UHGV virus genome: UHGV-0134932
Direction: 5' to 3' (one strand)
From: a virus
Length of the DNA stretch: 49,858 bases
Numbering within the stretch: position 1 is the stretch's first letter; every line of letters begins with the position of its first letter. The position numbers were made by a program, and so were the translations under genes. The notes below the pieces were generated by a model. That model was not told the DNA's origin and searched no databases. It saw only the letters and a program-made list of their open reading frames with translations. This document shows positions 9,305-22,203 of the stretch, one piece after another.

Positions 9305-10348
9305 TTATCTAACGCTCGACGAGTGACTTGTGATAGCGCCGACTCCAAGCGCGTAATCAAAGAACAATCGTTGATGCATCGCCAGCCTACCGTGCGTCTT
9401 CTCCCAATTATCGCGGTCACGCTCAATATCACGCTGGCATGACTGGCACAGAGGAATTGCGTAAATGTCATGCGCGCATAATCGACTATGACGAACGATA
9501 TAAGGCGTAATGTGAGCGCCAGCTCCCGCCGCTCCACACCCACAGCATGGACGGGAAGCAACAAAGTCCATGTACTCAGGTAATTTTAGCGATTGCAGTT
9601 TTGGTATTTTGAAATGCGCCATGCCAGGGTCGGAGTCAACATCCACAGGGCATACTTTTGCACGCATCGGCGCGGCGCGTTCTTCCATCATCTGAACATA
9701 TGCTGTAGCGCGATCGTCATACGGGCGAATATCCGCCTCTTTCAGAGGTCCGCTATCCTGCGTTGCGGCTTTCATCTTATTTATTGATATACGGCAAACT
9801 TCTTCCGGCATCAGGTGCATCATGTTGCGCATGAAAGCCCACCAGCACAGTTCCTGAATACTTAAATCATGGCCATCTGAAAGCCCCATTTCCTGACGGG
9901 CGACATCCAGTATCCAGTTAACGCGATTATTATGCAGCGTTTCTTTCAGCTCATTAAAACCACGCATCCGGTAATGGTTATCGTGATGCCAGCACAACAA
10001 CACCGCGCTATTGTCTCGTTCAGCGTGGACAATATGGTTGTCACACCAACTACGATCTGCGGCCTGGCATTGCCCCTCTTTCCTGCGCAACCACGCCACC
10101 AGCGAGTCAATCCCACCAATACGGCGAAACAGTTCATCGCTGTTAAAAAACGGCTGCAACGCCTCATTTGTTGCCATAGTTTGCTCGGAAACAACGAGGC
10201 CGTCGTCCATGTGCTCGATTAACTCACGCGGCACCGGCTCCATAATAAATTTACGGCCAGCCTCCACCAGCTTTCTGACTTCCTGATCCACTTTGAATGT
10301 GGCGACGCCAAGCTCTTTTTGTACAAAGGGAGTAATTACGGCTTTCAC
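9305..10348 (-). CDS. Cys/His-rich protein (CWHHDNH, CCGCG, CQSCQ motifs), possible zinc-binding or HNH-like; occupies the P1 pdcB position
   Basis: 347-aa ORF between the doc-proximal small gene and lpa; Cys/His clusters seen in translation. Confidence 0.5.
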   Translation of the reverse strand: MKAVITPFVQKELGVATFKVDQEVRKLVEAGRKFIMEPVPRELIEHMDDGLVVSEQTMATNEALQPFFNSDELFRRIGGIDSLVAWLRRKEGQCQAADRSWCDNHIVHAERDNSAVLLCWHHDNHYRMRGFNELKETLHNNRVNWILDVARQEMGLSDGHDLSIQELCWWAFMRNMMHLMPEEVCRISINKMKAATQDSGPLKEADIRPYDDRATAYVQMMEERAAPMRAKVCPVDVDSDPGMAHFKIPKLQSLKLPEYMDFVASRPCCGCGAAGAGAHITPYIVRHSRLCAHDIYAIPLCQSCQRDIERDRDNWEKTHGRLAMHQRLFFDYALGVGAITSHSSSVR

Positions 10349-10375
10349 ATCACACCTTTCATCACTGATTGGGCT

Positions 10376-10555
10376 TTATCTGCTGCCCGGCATTCTCTGT
10401 TTAAGCACAACCATTTCCTGACGGCATAACACAGCAATAGCAGTCCTGACACCAACTTGCTTACCAACCAGGTATTGCTTTACCTCGCGGCGACTCACGC
10501 CATCAAGAAGCATCTTTAACGCTTCACGGGACAACTTGTTGTATTTACGTGCCAT
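10376..10555 (-). CDS. Small basic protein at the P1 pdcA position; start placed at internal Met to avoid overlap with doc
   Basis: ORF 10376-10576 overlaps the doc stop; internal Met (MARKYNKLSREALK...) gives a non-overlapping gene. Confidence 0.4.
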   Translation of the reverse strand: MARKYNKLSREALKMLLDGVSRREVKQYLVGKQVGVRTAIAVLCRQEMVVLKQRMPGSR

Positions 10556-10559
10556 TAAT

Positions 10560-10940
10560 CTACTCCGCAGAACCATACAATCTATGTAACGTGTCGGCGA
10601 CAGAAGATACAGATATCTCTCCGGTCGCAGCCCCTACGGTAAGGTCTGCCAGTTCTGGTGAATCAAATACCTGCACCCCGTTACGGCGTAGAAATAGCAG
10701 CGCACTGTTTAGCGCGGTACGCTTATTGGCATCATTGAATATATGCCCTCTCGCTGTAGCCACCAGGTAGGTGGCGGAGACTTCGAAAAGGTCGGTGATC
10801 TCTTCGTAGGCAACTCTGGCCTGAACTCTCCCGATAATGGCCTCTGCCCTACCCGGATCTGACATTCCCGGCAGGCCGCCGTAGCGGTTTATATTCGCAT
10901 CATGAAGCGCAATAAGTTCTTCCGGTGATATATGCCTCAT
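10560..10940 (-). CDS. doc: Doc toxin (Fic-fold kinase) of the phd-doc addiction module
   Basis: 126-aa protein [25 protein letters not shown]... with Fic-like motif region [13 protein letters not shown]. Confidence 0.95.
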   Translation of the reverse strand: MRHISPEELIALHDANINRYGGLPGMSDPGRAEAIIGRVQARVAYEEITDLFEVSATYLVATARGHIFNDANKRTALNSALLFLRRNGVQVFDSPELADLTVGAATGEISVSSVADTLHRLYGSAE

Positions 10941-11161
10941 TATCGGTTAACCAGTTCCTTGTTGGTGGAGTCCAGGGTGTCAAACAGGGATGCAAATTCA
11001 GCATCCAGCGCCGCTTTTTTGTAGGCTTCGAAAGTAGCCTTGCTGACAATTACTGCTGGCTTACGGCCTCTGCGGGTGATTTCAACCTCTTCCCCGGCTT
11101 CAACATTGTTGAGCACTTCAGAAAGGTTGCCGCGCGCGGTACGGAAGTTAATGGATTGCAT
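10940..11161 (-). CDS. phd: Phd antitoxin (73 aa; start at MQSINF)
   Basis: [32 protein letters not shown]...; stop overlaps the doc start. Confidence 0.95.
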   Translation of the reverse strand: MQSINFRTARGNLSEVLNNVEAGEEVEITRRGRKPAVIVSKATFEAYKKAALDAEFASLFDTLDSTNKELVNR

Positions 11162-11233
11162 AAACACCTCATGTACTCGTTATGTGTACACAATTATAAA
11201 CTTCACAGGCATAAAGCACCAGCACTTTGCAGC

Positions 11234-11623
11234 TTAAATCACCGGACAATCATCAAATTCCCCACTTCGGGCATCATTAATGACATGAGTGATCACACCA
11301 AACACAGCATTACTCCCCGTGCATCCATCGTCATCCTTTGGCAATGCTTCCTTCTTACCGGTTCTTAAATCCTCCAGATGCTGACGTGGATACTTCCGGT
11401 ATCTTTTTACGCGATATTCCCCATCCAGAGCGCATACAAGCAGAGAACCATCAACCGGGGTAAGTGAGGAATCAACCACCAGCAATGCACCCTGTAATAT
11501 TCCCTCACGATGATGACTATCAGCTGCCCTCATGAAGTAGGTCGCTGAAGGATGTCTAATTATCTGCTGATCAAGAGAAATACGGCTCTCAGCATAATCC
11601 GCCGCAGGAGAAGGGAAGCCCAT
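11234..11623 (-). CDS. humD: HumD, UmuD'-like (S24 peptidase fold) protein
   Basis: 129-aa protein with LexA/UmuD C-terminal-domain-like sequence; position downstream of hot as in P1. Confidence 0.8.
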   Translation of the reverse strand: MGFPSPAADYAESRISLDQQIIRHPSATYFMRAADSHHREGILQGALLVVDSSLTPVDGSLLVCALDGEYRVKRYRKYPRQHLEDLRTGKKEALPKDDDGCTGSNAVFGVITHVINDARSGEFDDCPVI

Positions 11624-11721
11624 AGCGTTTTCACCTCAGAGTACTGTTTATCCATACAGTATACATTAAAGATGCTTGAAGTGTGCAATAGCGCGATGCT
11701 TTGCGCTCGCCTGGTGGCGCG

Positions 11722-11973
11722 TTATTTTTTGGCTATATCTTCTTTCTGATATACCGGATCGTTTCCTTTTGGCAGCAGGAGGCTTAACTGCCGGTAGTGC
11801 CGTAGCCGTTCCATGAAATAGGTGCGCAGGTTCTCAGGTTGCTCACGGGCTACCTGTTCCGCTATGACGGGTATGTTCAATCGCTCTTTGTAGGCAACCC
11901 CCCTGGCAGCCAGGTCAACGTTAACTTTATTCCTTTCTTCCTGGCTTTTAGCTGCTATGTTCCAGTTGCTCAT
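11722..11973 (-). CDS. hot: Hot, homolog of DNA polymerase III theta subunit
   Basis: 83-aa protein; [32 protein letters not shown] resembles E. coli HolE. Confidence 0.8.
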   Translation of the reverse strand: MSNWNIAAKSQEERNKVNVDLAARGVAYKERLNIPVIAEQVAREQPENLRTYFMERLRHYRQLSLLLPKGNDPVYQKEDIAKK

Positions 11974-11975
11974 GT

Positions 11976-12200
11976 TTAAGGCTCACATTTCCAGATGGTA
12001 TTCTGAACACCAGAACCGGGCGTAAGATGAGGGTTAGCGTTCACACTATGCTGATATACAGCTTTGGACTTTACATATTGCTGACAGGCTTTATCTGCGG
12101 TTTTTTGCAGGCTATCCAGCCCATACCAGCCATCAGACTGGATGCTTACCTTTTCACCGTCATTGTATTGCACCATCGCGCACCCAAACATAGCTATCAT
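11976..12200 (-). CDS. Hypothetical 74-aa protein upstream of hot
   Basis: ORF tightly linked (2-bp gap) to hot. Confidence 0.4.
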   Translation of the reverse strand: MIAMFGCAMVQYNDGEKVSIQSDGWYGLDSLQKTADKACQQYVKSKAVYQHSVNANPHLTPGSGVQNTIWKCEP

Positions 12201-12324
12201 CGCACCGACAATACCGCTTTTCCAAAAAGCTCTAATTAGGTCATTCGTTGCCTAATGTCCGAACTGCTAAAGCATCCAAGTTGCTGTAGAATCACCGCCA
12301 ATTACATAAGCCTGAAATAAGTGG

Positions 12325-13883
12325 ATGAAAATGACAAGTATTCAACAACGTGCAGAGCTTCATCGTCAAATCTGGCAAATTGCTAACGATGTCAGGGGTT
12401 CGGTCGATGGATGGGATTTTAAGCAATACGTTCTGGGCGCACTTTTCTACCGTTTTATCAGCGAAAATTTTTCCAGCTATATTGAAGCCGGTGATGACAG
12501 TATCTGTTATGCGAAACTGGATGACAGCGTAATTACTGATGACATTAAAGACGATGCCATCAAAACCAAAGGTTACTTCATCTACCCCAGTCAGCTTTTC
12601 TGCAACGTAGCGGCGAAAGCAAATACCAATGACAGACTGAATGCAGATTTAAACAGCATCTTCGTTGCTATCGAAAGTTCTGCTTACGGCTACCCTTCAG
12701 AAGCAGACATCAAAGGTTTGTTTGCTGATTTCGATACCACCAGTAACCGCCTGGGTAACACCGTTAAGGATAAAAATGCCCGTCTGGCTGCGGTTCTGAA
12801 AGGGGTTGAAGGGTTAAAACTTGGTGACTTCAACGAACATCAGATTGACCTGTTCGGTGATGCCTATGAGTTCCTGATTTCTAACTATGCGGCAAATGCC
12901 GGTAAGTCAGGCGGTGAGTTCTTTACACCGCAGCACGTCTCCAGGCTGATTGCACAACTGGCTATGCACGGGCAGACCAGCGTTAACAAAATCTACGACC
13001 CGGCAGCGGGTTCCGGCTCACTGTTGTTGCAGGCGAAAAAACAGTTTGATAACCATATCATCGAAGAAGGCTTTTTCGGTCAGGAAATCAACCATACGAC
13101 CTATAACCTGGCGCGTATGAACATGTTTTTGCACAATATCAACTACGACAAGTTTGATATCAAGCTGGGTAATACACTGACTGAGCCGCACTTCAGAGAT
13201 GAAAAACCGTTTGACGCCATCGTATCTAACCCACCGTATTCGGTGAAATGGATTGGCAGCGATGACCCGACGCTGATTAACGATGAGCGTTTTGCCCCGG
13301 CTGGCGTTCTGGCCCCCAAATCCAAAGCTGACTTTGCGTTTGTACTACATGCGCTGAACTATCTTTCGGCCAAAGGTCGTGCTGCGATTGTCTGCTTCCC
13401 GGGTATTTTTTACCGTGGCGGCGCAGAGCAGAAAATCCGTCAGTATCTGGTCGATAATAACTATGTCGAAACCGTAATTTCACTGGCACCGAACCTGTTC
13501 TTTGGCACCACCATTGCTGTAAACATTCTGGTGCTGTCTAAACATAAAACGGATACCAAAGTTCAGTTTATTGACGCCAGCGAACTGTTCAAAAAAGAGA
13601 CTAATAACAACATCCTGACCGATGCTCATATCGAACAGATTATGCAGGTATTTGCCGGCAAGGAAGATGTTGCTCATCTGGCGAAATCTGTCACGTTTGA
13701 GACTGTTGTCGCGAATGACTATAACCTGTCGGTGAGCAGCTATGTGGAAGCGAAAGATAACCGCGAAATAATCAATATTGCTGAGTTGAATGCAGAGCTG
13801 AAAACCACGGTCAGCAAAATCGACCAGTTGCGCAAAGATATTGATGCGATTGTGGCAGAAATCGAAGGCAGTGAGGCTCAGGA

Positions 13884-13887
<4 letters not shown>
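12325..13887 (+). CDS. hsdM: Type I restriction-modification methyltransferase subunit HsdM (type IC-like)
   Basis: 520-aa protein with N6-adenine MTase motifs ([14 protein letters not shown]); overlaps hsdS start. Confidence 0.95.
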
Positions 13888-15167
<1,280 letters not shown>

Positions 15168-15288
15168 TTGACCATTGCTACCGACCGGGCCACCTTAACA
15201 TCCGGTCAGTATATAGACTATTTTTTACACGCCGGAAGTCACTCTTAACTCCCTTCCGGCCCTTGCCAGACGGCACAAAGGATGCGCT

Positions 15289-18200
15289 ATGACTCATCAG
15301 ACACACACCATTGCTGAATCCAATAACTTTATCGTTCTTGATAAGTACATCAAAGCTGAGCAAACAGGCGACAGCTATCAGAGCGAATCGGACCTGGAAC
15401 GTGAACTGATTCAGGACCTACAAAATCAGGGCTATGAATTTATAGCCGTAAAATCTCAGTCAGCGATGCTGGCCAATGCTCGGGAACAGCTTCAGAGCCT
15501 CAATGGTGTGGTGTTTAATGACAGCGAGTGGCGGCGTTTCACGGAGCAGTATCTGGACAACCCGAGCGATGGCATTCTGGATAAGACCCGTAAAATCCAT
15601 ATCGACTATATCTGCGACTTTATTTTTGACGACGGGCGTCTTGAGAACATCTATCTGATCGATAAAAAGAATCTCATGCGCAACAAAGTGCAGATTATCC
15701 AGCAGTTTGAACAGGCAGGTTCTCACGCTAACCGTTATGACGTAACTATCCTGGTTAATGGCTTACCACTGGTACAAATCGAACTGAAAAAGCGCGGCGT
15801 GGCGATTCGTGAGGCTTTCAACCAGATACATCGTTACAGTAAAGAGAGTTTTAACAGCGAAAATTCTCTGTTTAAGTATCTGCAACTGTTTGTCATTTCC
15901 AACGGTACCGATACCCGTTATTTTGCCAACACAACAAAGCGCGATAAAAACAGTTTTGACTTCACCATGAACTGGGCGAAATCAGACAACACGCTGATTA
16001 AAGACCTCAAAGATTTTACCGCTACCTTTTTCCAGAAACATACTCTGCTGAATGTTCTGGTGAACTACAGCGTGTTTGACAGTAGTCAGACGCTACTGGT
16101 GATGCGACCGTACCAGATTGCAGCTACCGAACGAATTTTATGGAAAATCAACAGCTCCTATAAAGCGAAAAACTGGTCTAACCCCGAAAGCGGTGGCTTT
16201 ATCTGGCACACCACTGGTTCCGGTAAAACACTGACCAGCTTTAAAGCCGCGCGTCTGGCAACAGAACTGGACTTTATTGATAAAGTCTTCTTCGTGGTCG
16301 ACAGGAAAGACCTCGATTACCAGACCATGAAGGAATATCAGCGTTTTTCGCCAGATAGTGTTAACGGCTCGGAAAATACAGCAGGTCTTAAACGAAATCT
16401 GGATAAGGACGATAACAAAATTATCGTCACCACTATTCAGAAACTTAATAACCTGATGAAAGCAGAAAGCGACCTGCCTGTATACAATCAGCAAGTGGTG
16501 TTTATATTTGATGAATGTCACCGCAGCCAGTTTGGAGAAGCACAGAAAAACCTGAAGAAGAAATTCAAACGCTATTATCAGTTTGGTTTTACCGGCACAC
16601 CTATTTTCCCGGAAAACGCCTTAGGCTCAGAAACGACCGCCAGCGTATTTGGCCGTGAATTGCATTCATATGTTATTACCGATGCGATTCGTGATGAAAA
16701 AGTGCTTAAATTCAAGGTGGACTACAACGATGTGCGGCCACAGTTTAAGTCTTTAGAGACAGAAACTGACGAGAAAAAACTGAGTGCGGCTGAAAATCAG
16801 CAGGCGTTCCTTCATCCCATGCGTATTCAGGAAATTACGCAATATATCCTGAATAACTTCCGCCAGAAAACCCACCGTACTTTCCCTGGCTCCAAAGGTT
16901 TTAATGCCATGCTGGCAGTGAGCAGCGTGGATGCCGCGAAAGCCTATTACGCGACGTTTAAACGGTTACAAGAGGAAGCCGCTTATAAATCTGCTACCTA
17001 TAAACCACTACGTGTTGCGACAATCTTCTCCTTTGCCGCTAATGAAGAACAAAATGCCATTGGTGAAATTTCCGATGAAACTTTTGATACCAGCGCAATG
17101 GACAGCAGTGCTAAAGAGTTTCTCGACGCTGCAATTCGTGAATATAACAGCTATTTTAAAACTAACTTCAGTACCGACAGTAACGGTTTTCAGAACTACT
17201 ATCGTGATTTAGCCCAGCGGGTTAAAAATCAGGATATCGATCTGTTAATTGTCGTGGGGATGTTTTTAACTGGCTTCGATGCTCCAACATTGAACACGCT
17301 ATTCGTCGATAAAAACCTGCGTTTTCACGGCTTGATGCAGGCATTTTCCCGCACCAACCGTATTTATGATGCAACTAAAACCTTCGGTAATATCGTCACT
17401 TTCCGGGATCTGGAACGCTCAACTATTGATGCCATAACGCTGTTTGGTGACAAAAACACCAAAAATGTGGTTTTAGAAAAGAGTTATGCAGAGTATATGG
17501 AAGGCTTTACTGATGCTGCCACTGGTGAAGCTAAGCGCGGCTTTATGGCAGTAGTTTCAGAACTGGAACAACGGTTCCCTGACCCTACCAGTATTGAAAG
17601 TGAAAAAGAGAAGAAAGACTTCGTTAAACTGTTTGGTGAATACCTGCGTGCCGAGAACATCCTGCAAAACTATGATGAATTTGCCACGCTGAAAGCCCTG
17701 CAACAAATCGATCTTAGCGATCCTGTTGCGGTAGAAAAATTCAAAGAAGAACATTATGTGGATGATGAAAAGTTCGCTGAATTGCAAACGATTCGTCTCC
17801 CTGCTGAACGCAAGATTCAGGATTATCGTTCTGCCTATAACGATATTCGTGACTGGCAGCGCCGCGAGAAAGAAGCTGATAAAAAAGAAAAATCAACCAC
17901 TGACTGGGATGACGTGGTTTTTGAGGTCGATTTGCTGAAGTCTCAGGAAATAAACCTGGATTATATCCTTGGACTGATTTTCGAACACAACAGACAAAAT
18001 AAAGGCAAGGGCGAAATGATCGAAGAGGTCAAACGCTTAATTCGTTCAAGCCTGGGGAACCGGGCGAAAGAGGGCCTGGTGGTCGATTTTATTCAGCAAA
18101 CGAACCTGGATGATTTACCAGACAAAGCCAGTATCATTGAGGCATTCTTTACGTTTGCTCAACGCGAACAGCAACGTGAAGCAGAAGCATTGATAAAAGA

Positions 18201-18405
18201 AGAAAATCTCAATGAAGATGCAGCAAAACGCTATATTCGCACGTCTTTAAAACGCGAATACGCCACCGAAAATGGCACAGAATTAAACGAAACATTACCA
18301 AAACTTAGTCCGTTGAATCCGCAATATAAAACGAAAAAACAGGCAGTTTTCCAGAAAATCGTCTCGTTTATTGAGAAGTTTAAAGGCGTAGGCGGAAAAA
18401 TATAG
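15289..18405 (+). CDS. hsdR: Type I restriction endonuclease/translocase subunit HsdR
   Basis: 1038-aa protein with PD-(D/E)xK-like N-terminal region, SF2 helicase motifs (TGSGKT, DECH) and C-terminal helical domain. Confidence 0.95.
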   Translation: MTHQTHTIAESNNFIVLDKYIKAEQTGDSYQSESDLERELIQDLQNQGYEFIAVKSQSAMLANAREQLQSLNGVVFNDSEWRRFTEQYLDNPSDGILDKTRKIHIDYICDFIFDDGRLENIYLIDKKNLMRNKVQIIQQFEQAGSHANRYDVTILVNGLPLVQIELKKRGVAIREAFNQIHRYSKESFNSENSLFKYLQLFVISNGTDTRYFANTTKRDKNSFDFTMNWAKSDNTLIKDLKDFTATFFQKHTLLNVLVNYSVFDSSQTLLVMRPYQIAATERILWKINSSYKAKNWSNPESGGFIWHTTGSGKTLTSFKAARLATELDFIDKVFFVVDRKDLDYQTMKEYQRFSPDSVNGSENTAGLKRNLDKDDNKIIVTTIQKLNNLMKAESDLPVYNQQVVFIFDECHRSQFGEAQKNLKKKFKRYYQFGFTGTPIFPENALGSETTASVFGRELHSYVITDAIRDEKVLKFKVDYNDVRPQFKSLETETDEKKLSAAENQQAFLHPMRIQEITQYILNNFRQKTHRTFPGSKGFNAMLAVSSVDAAKAYYATFKRLQEEAAYKSATYKPLRVATIFSFAANEEQNAIGEISDETFDTSAMDSSAKEFLDAAIREYNSYFKTNFSTDSNGFQNYYRDLAQRVKNQDIDLLIVVGMFLTGFDAPTLNTLFVDKNLRFHGLMQAFSRTNRIYDATKTFGNIVTFRDLERSTIDAITLFGDKNTKNVVLEKSYAEYMEGFTDAATGEAKRGFMAVVSELEQRFPDPTSIESEKEKKDFVKLFGEYLRAENILQNYDEFATLKALQQIDLSDPVAVEKFKEEHYVDDEKFAELQTIRLPAERKIQDYRSAYNDIRDWQRREKEADKKEKSTTDWDDVVFEVDLLKSQEINLDYILGLIFEHNRQNKGKGEMIEEVKRLIRSSLGNRAKEGLVVDFIQQTNLDDLPDKASIIEAFFTFAQREQQREAEALIKEENLNEDAAKRYIRTSLKREYATENGTELNETLPKLSPLNPQYKTKKQAVFQKIVSFIEKFKGVGGKI

Positions 18406-18484
18406 CCCAATTCGTGTTTTTCTTGCGGGTTCTTAATTAAACCCGCAAGAGCTCGTGGGGTTCCAAATGGCTAATATACTCCCC

Positions 18485-18571
18485 TTACCCATGCGCGACG
18501 ATGCCGCCAAAAGTGATAGAGAACAGCCAGAAATAGATCGCGGCCATAATGATTTTGAATGCCGTGTTCAT
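18485..18571 (-). CDS. Candidate 28-aa hydrophobic peptide (MNTAFKIIMAAIYFWLFSITFGGIVAHG)
   Basis: Short ORF with GGAG RBS, 5' hairpin (18601-18620) and a C1 operator about 90 bp upstream; below the ORF-track length cutoff. Confidence 0.3.
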   Translation of the reverse strand: MNTAFKIIMAAIYFWLFSITFGGIVAHG

Positions 18572-18653
18572 ATTTTCAGCTCCTGTGATTGACTGGATAC
18601 ATGCCGCGCCTTGCGGCATGTTTTTATTTTCACTTTCTCTGTTTTAAAAATCA

Positions 18654-18670
18654 ATATTTATTAGAGCAAT
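18654..18670. promoter_or_regulatory. C1 operator
   Basis: atatttattagagcaat, 16/17 match. Confidence 0.75.
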
Positions 18671-19176
18671 TATTGTTGATGGAGAAGCGCGTTTTCATAC
18701 TCCCTGACCATTAACGTAAGTACGCCGTGCCTCCTGAAAACACGCGCCACTTCAATCTTATCTTCCAGCGCGAACGCGATTTTACTTAGACCAATTTTCT
18801 TAAGGAGATCAATCTTTGCTGGGCCGTCATTTCTGTCATCGGTGGCAGGACGCATAGATAGCAAAGGCTCAGCCCCGTTTGTTACGTACTTCCGCAGCCA
18901 GGCTCGTGTTTTATCCCTTGCGATCTCACAGCGCCCGGTTACAAACCAGACCGTGTAAACGTTAAATAACTGGCGCACAATATCAATAACTGGAGTTATG
19001 GGAGTATCAGTGTCACAGGCGAGATTAAACTCGTTCCAGTCCTTTGTTAATGCACCTTTACCTGGTGGCGGAAGCAAATGCAGTCTGTCTTCAGTTGCCT
19101 CTGATATTGTTCCATCAATATCGACTATGACGATATACGGACGTTCCTGGTGTGCGTGTTTATTGAAAATACTCAA
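18670..19176 (-). CDS. HAD-superfamily phosphatase-like protein
   Basis: N-terminal DxDGT motif (IVIVDIDGTIS) characteristic of HAD phosphatases; 168 aa. Confidence 0.6.
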   Translation of the reverse strand: MSIFNKHAHQERPYIVIVDIDGTISEATEDRLHLLPPPGKGALTKDWNEFNLACDTDTPITPVIDIVRQLFNVYTVWFVTGRCEIARDKTRAWLRKYVTNGAEPLLSMRPATDDRNDGPAKIDLLKKIGLSKIAFALEDKIEVARVFRRHGVLTLMVREYENALLHQQ

Positions 19177-19248
19177 ATGCCCTCCTCATTGGACGAAAAA
19201 AATGCTGGTGGGCGCACTCCACCAGCATTAAAAGTGACACTGTAACTA

Positions 19249-20511
19249 TCAGCGGACGTAAATAGTGCCGCCGTTCTCTTTTTCCCATGCATCGCTACGT
19301 GCATAGCAAACATCGAGAAGTCTTCTTGCCGCTGTTTCCTCTAAACCCAATTCGACCACCAACTGCTCATGACGGCGGGTAACCACATCAAACAGGGTAT
19401 GCAACCCTTTAGTTGCCAGTTCATCAATGAATTCCGGTTCGAACGGTAGCTCTGCATCTGCCAACATAACCTCTTGCGCCCACTCGACACGGCGGACCAG
19501 TTCCGGGCGGCGGCTTTCCATCTCTTTACAGATCAATTCATGGAAGAACTCTACCCAACCTTCCGGCTGGAACTCGCGGAAAATGGCCAACGGCTGGAAG
19601 TTTGGCATCAACCATTCGTTGATCCGGATATCAATGGCATAGCCCATGTCGCAGCAGAACTGATAAGCAAAGTCCAGCTTAGAAACGATATAAGGACGCT
19701 CATTATTGAACTCTTTAGGCGATGAGATCCCATAAGCCAGGAGACGCGGGAAGAAGGAGATTTGCCCTAACGTCGGATGAAGTTTGCTTGCAGGGAAACG
19801 GCGCTCAGTAATGCCATACATTTCCTTCTTGAGCGTCGCAAATTTGGCATTCTCATTAACCAGCGCGGTAACCTCTGCTTTTTTATTAGCAAATGCCACG
19901 CGCGCTTCGCTTGCATCTTTAATAGTTTTTTTGAGCTGTTGGTTAAGGTCGGCAACCTGCTTACGCAGTTCCTGTCGCTCGCTTTTAGCTTTGTTATAGC
20001 GTTTCTCAAGGTTAAAAGGATCAAGTTTCATGATCTCTTTATATTGAGATTTTAGCGTTGAAATCTGTGAGTTCCGCAGTTCAACCATCGCGGTCATTTC
20101 ATTGAGTTTTGTTTCCAGCTCAATGCTTATACGTTCGGCATTATCAGCACGCTGGTTGGAGTCATGCGTCGCATCGTCGATCGCGTCCTGTTGCTGGCGT
20201 TTCAAATGTTCAATTTGCAGCTGAAGCTCTTCAATTTCTTTACCCTTCAGACCGAGATCCAACTGCATATTTTCAGCTGCATCTACCAGGGAGTTATGGC
20301 TATCAGCTTCTGCGTTATAAACATCAATAAGCTGTGCGTGAAGCATCTCCGCTGACTGAACCGCATTATCAAAAAAACGTGCTGTGAGGTCATCACAACT
20401 AACGCGGCGTTGCGCGGCCCGGATGTTCTGGATAATGGCCGGGATACCGGCATTCAGGACATCAGGGATAGATACATTTTCGATTGATTGCTTTTGTGCT
20501 GAAGTGCTCAT
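19249..20511 (-). CDS. 420-aa protein with long N-terminal coiled-coil and Cys/Trp-rich C-terminal globular region; function unknown
   Basis: Heptad-rich Q/E/K/L segment over roughly residues 60-230; no recognisable catalytic motif. Confidence 0.55.
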   Translation of the reverse strand: MSTSAQKQSIENVSIPDVLNAGIPAIIQNIRAAQRRVSCDDLTARFFDNAVQSAEMLHAQLIDVYNAEADSHNSLVDAAENMQLDLGLKGKEIEELQLQIEHLKRQQQDAIDDATHDSNQRADNAERISIELETKLNEMTAMVELRNSQISTLKSQYKEIMKLDPFNLEKRYNKAKSERQELRKQVADLNQQLKKTIKDASEARVAFANKKAEVTALVNENAKFATLKKEMYGITERRFPASKLHPTLGQISFFPRLLAYGISSPKEFNNERPYIVSKLDFAYQFCCDMGYAIDIRINEWLMPNFQPLAIFREFQPEGWVEFFHELICKEMESRRPELVRRVEWAQEVMLADAELPFEPEFIDELATKGLHTLFDVVTRRHEQLVVELGLEETAARRLLDVCYARSDAWEKENGGTIYVR

Positions 20512-20512
20512 T

Positions 20513-20731
20513 TCAAAGTTCCGTATTAGCTTGTGCTTCGGTCATTTTTCCTAAGTATGAAGGAGGAAGGACTACGCAATTTGTATCCAGTCCCTCACCT
20601 ATGGCAGCCTGTAAAATTCTGGCTAAGGTGAGTCTCTTGTTGCGATACCTGGTGATGACATGCCTGATACCGCCGGTCGGCGTAACAAAGGCGATCAGCC
20701 AGTAGTGATATTTCCGTCGGAATGGCCACAT
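20513..20731 (-). CDS. 72-aa basic protein, first gene of a C1-controlled operon
   Basis: ORF directly downstream of two C1 operators; 1-nt gap to the next gene. Confidence 0.4.
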   Translation of the reverse strand: MWPFRRKYHYWLIAFVTPTGGIRHVITRYRNKRLTLARILQAAIGEGLDTNCVVLPPSYLGKMTEAQANTEL

Positions 20732-20745
20732 AGTGCACCTTGTAA

Positions 20746-20762
20746 ATTGCTCTAATAAAAAA
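20746..20762. promoter_or_regulatory. C1 operator
   Basis: attgctctaataaaaaa, 15/17 match. Confidence 0.7.
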
Positions 20763-20794
20763 CGTGATGAGTGTACATCACGTTTTAAAAATAT

Positions 20795-20811
20795 GGAATT
20801 ATTAGAGCAAT
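20795..20811. promoter_or_regulatory. C1 operator-like site
   Basis: ggaattattagagcaat, 14/17 match. Confidence 0.5.
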
Positions 20812-20812
20812 A

Positions 20813-21514
20813 TTATTCTGAAACTTGCTCAAAAAACGAGCTGGTAAGGGGAATCCAATCCTCTGACACTTCGCGAGGTCGCGGTTTGCCGTGGAAAAAG
20901 ATTATTCGGCAGTCTTTTGGTAATGCCCCATTCCCCCTGGAGTAACGCGCGCTCGCATATTTCGAACCAGGTTCCACAACATCGGCCTTGTAACTTACAA
21001 ACCATCCCGGATACAGATCCTGAAATGCTGGTGTATCATCACCCATAACCTTCCGCAAAAACCCCTGATCACCCCAGCATTCAGTAGTAACACAACGAGC
21101 AATCCAACCTTCCGGATCTTGCCAGAATGCACTCCAGATATGCGCTTTTACACTATTTGGTATCCACAGGGCACCGCTGCCACGATATTGTGGATGGTAA
21201 AAATCCCTAAGCATGGTGAAGTTGGTTGGTGGATTCTCTAGGATTGGGCGTATATCACCGGCAATAACCGTGTCCAAATCCAGATAGAACAGATCATCGG
21301 TTATATCCGGTCGGAACAACTCGATTTTCGCCCACCAGCCACGGCACTTTTGCCACTGGTTGATCAATGGGATAACTTTGACGCCAGGTACATGTAAACG
21401 CTTCAGGTCTGTCAGGCAAATAATTTCATAGTCTTTTGGCAGTTGATTAACCAGCCACTGCACATCGGAAGCGTTATAGTCACCACCAGAGCGAAGAACT
21501 AAAGCAATCTTCAT
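20813..21514 (-). CDS. Putative GT-A-type glycosyltransferase-like protein (DxD-like YLDLDT motif)
   Basis: 233 aa; N-terminal beta-alpha-beta-like start [13 protein letters not shown] and DLD motif; 4-bp overlap with the upstream phosphatase gene. Confidence 0.45.
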   Translation of the reverse strand: MKIALVLRSGGDYNASDVQWLVNQLPKDYEIICLTDLKRLHVPGVKVIPLINQWQKCRGWWAKIELFRPDITDDLFYLDLDTVIAGDIRPILENPPTNFTMLRDFYHPQYRGSGALWIPNSVKAHIWSAFWQDPEGWIARCVTTECWGDQGFLRKVMGDDTPAFQDLYPGWFVSYKADVVEPGSKYASARYSRGNGALPKDCRIIFFHGKPRPREVSEDWIPLTSSFFEQVSE

Positions 21515-22203
21515 GCTGCACCATCACCTTTCACTTTCTTCAATGTCAGGTTTCCGCAAAATACGGCACCTGTGTCGATATAATGCTGATTCCAGAATGT
21601 CTTCGGGCTTTTCACCGGAGTGTGACCAAAGATAAAACGATCTGCGCCCGAAATTTCGCCACCAATATCATCCATCGAATCACTGATACGCTCGCGCGCC
21701 CAGACAACGTTGAAAAGCGGCACCTCCTTACCGAATTGATATTCATTATCCGGATAGTCGGCATGGGCTATAACGATAGTTTCTTGCCCGGTGTTCAACT
21801 CAATGATATAGGGCAGTCGTCTTACCAACTCCACCAGCGCCCTGGCTAATATTTCCTGATCAGCGTCCAGCATGAAGAACCATTGACCGCCATTCATTAG
21901 CCAGTTATTCACGTTGCCATCAGGACTTAACGCATCGAGCATCAACAGCTCATGGTTCCCCACTACTGCCCTGAACCAGGGCATCTGCAATAGTTCCAGA
22001 GATTCGACATTTTCAGTACCGCGATCGATAAGGTCGCCGACCGATATCAGTAAATCCTGCGCCGGGTCAAAATCCACACGATGGAGTTCGGACATCAGTC
22101 TGGTGTAGCAACCATGCAGATCACCAACAACCCAGACATTCCTGTATTTGGTACCGTCGATACGGTGATAAATTGTGGGTGCCATCATGTATTCTTCAGC
22201 CAT
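21511..22203 (-). CDS. ppp: Ser/Thr protein phosphatase of the lambda-PPase/calcineurin-like metallophosphoesterase family
   Basis: GDLHGC, GDLIDRG and GNHE metallophosphatase signature motifs. Confidence 0.85.
   Translation of the reverse strand: MAEEYMMAPTIYHRIDGTKYRNVWVVGDLHGCYTRLMSELHRVDFDPAQDLLISVGDLIDRGTENVESLELLQMPWFRAVVGNHELLMLDALSPDGNVNNWLMNGGQWFFMLDADQEILARALVELVRRLPYIIELNTGQETIVIAHADYPDNEYQFGKEVPLFNVVWARERISDSMDDIGGEISGADRFIFGHTPVKSPKTFWNQHYIDTGAVFCGNLTLKKVKGDGAA

Noticed and set aside
18422-18449. Hairpin cttgcgggtt...acccgcaag immediately after hsdR as a terminator
   Set aside because: A good stem but no U-run on either strand; could be a weak or factor-dependent terminator, not called.
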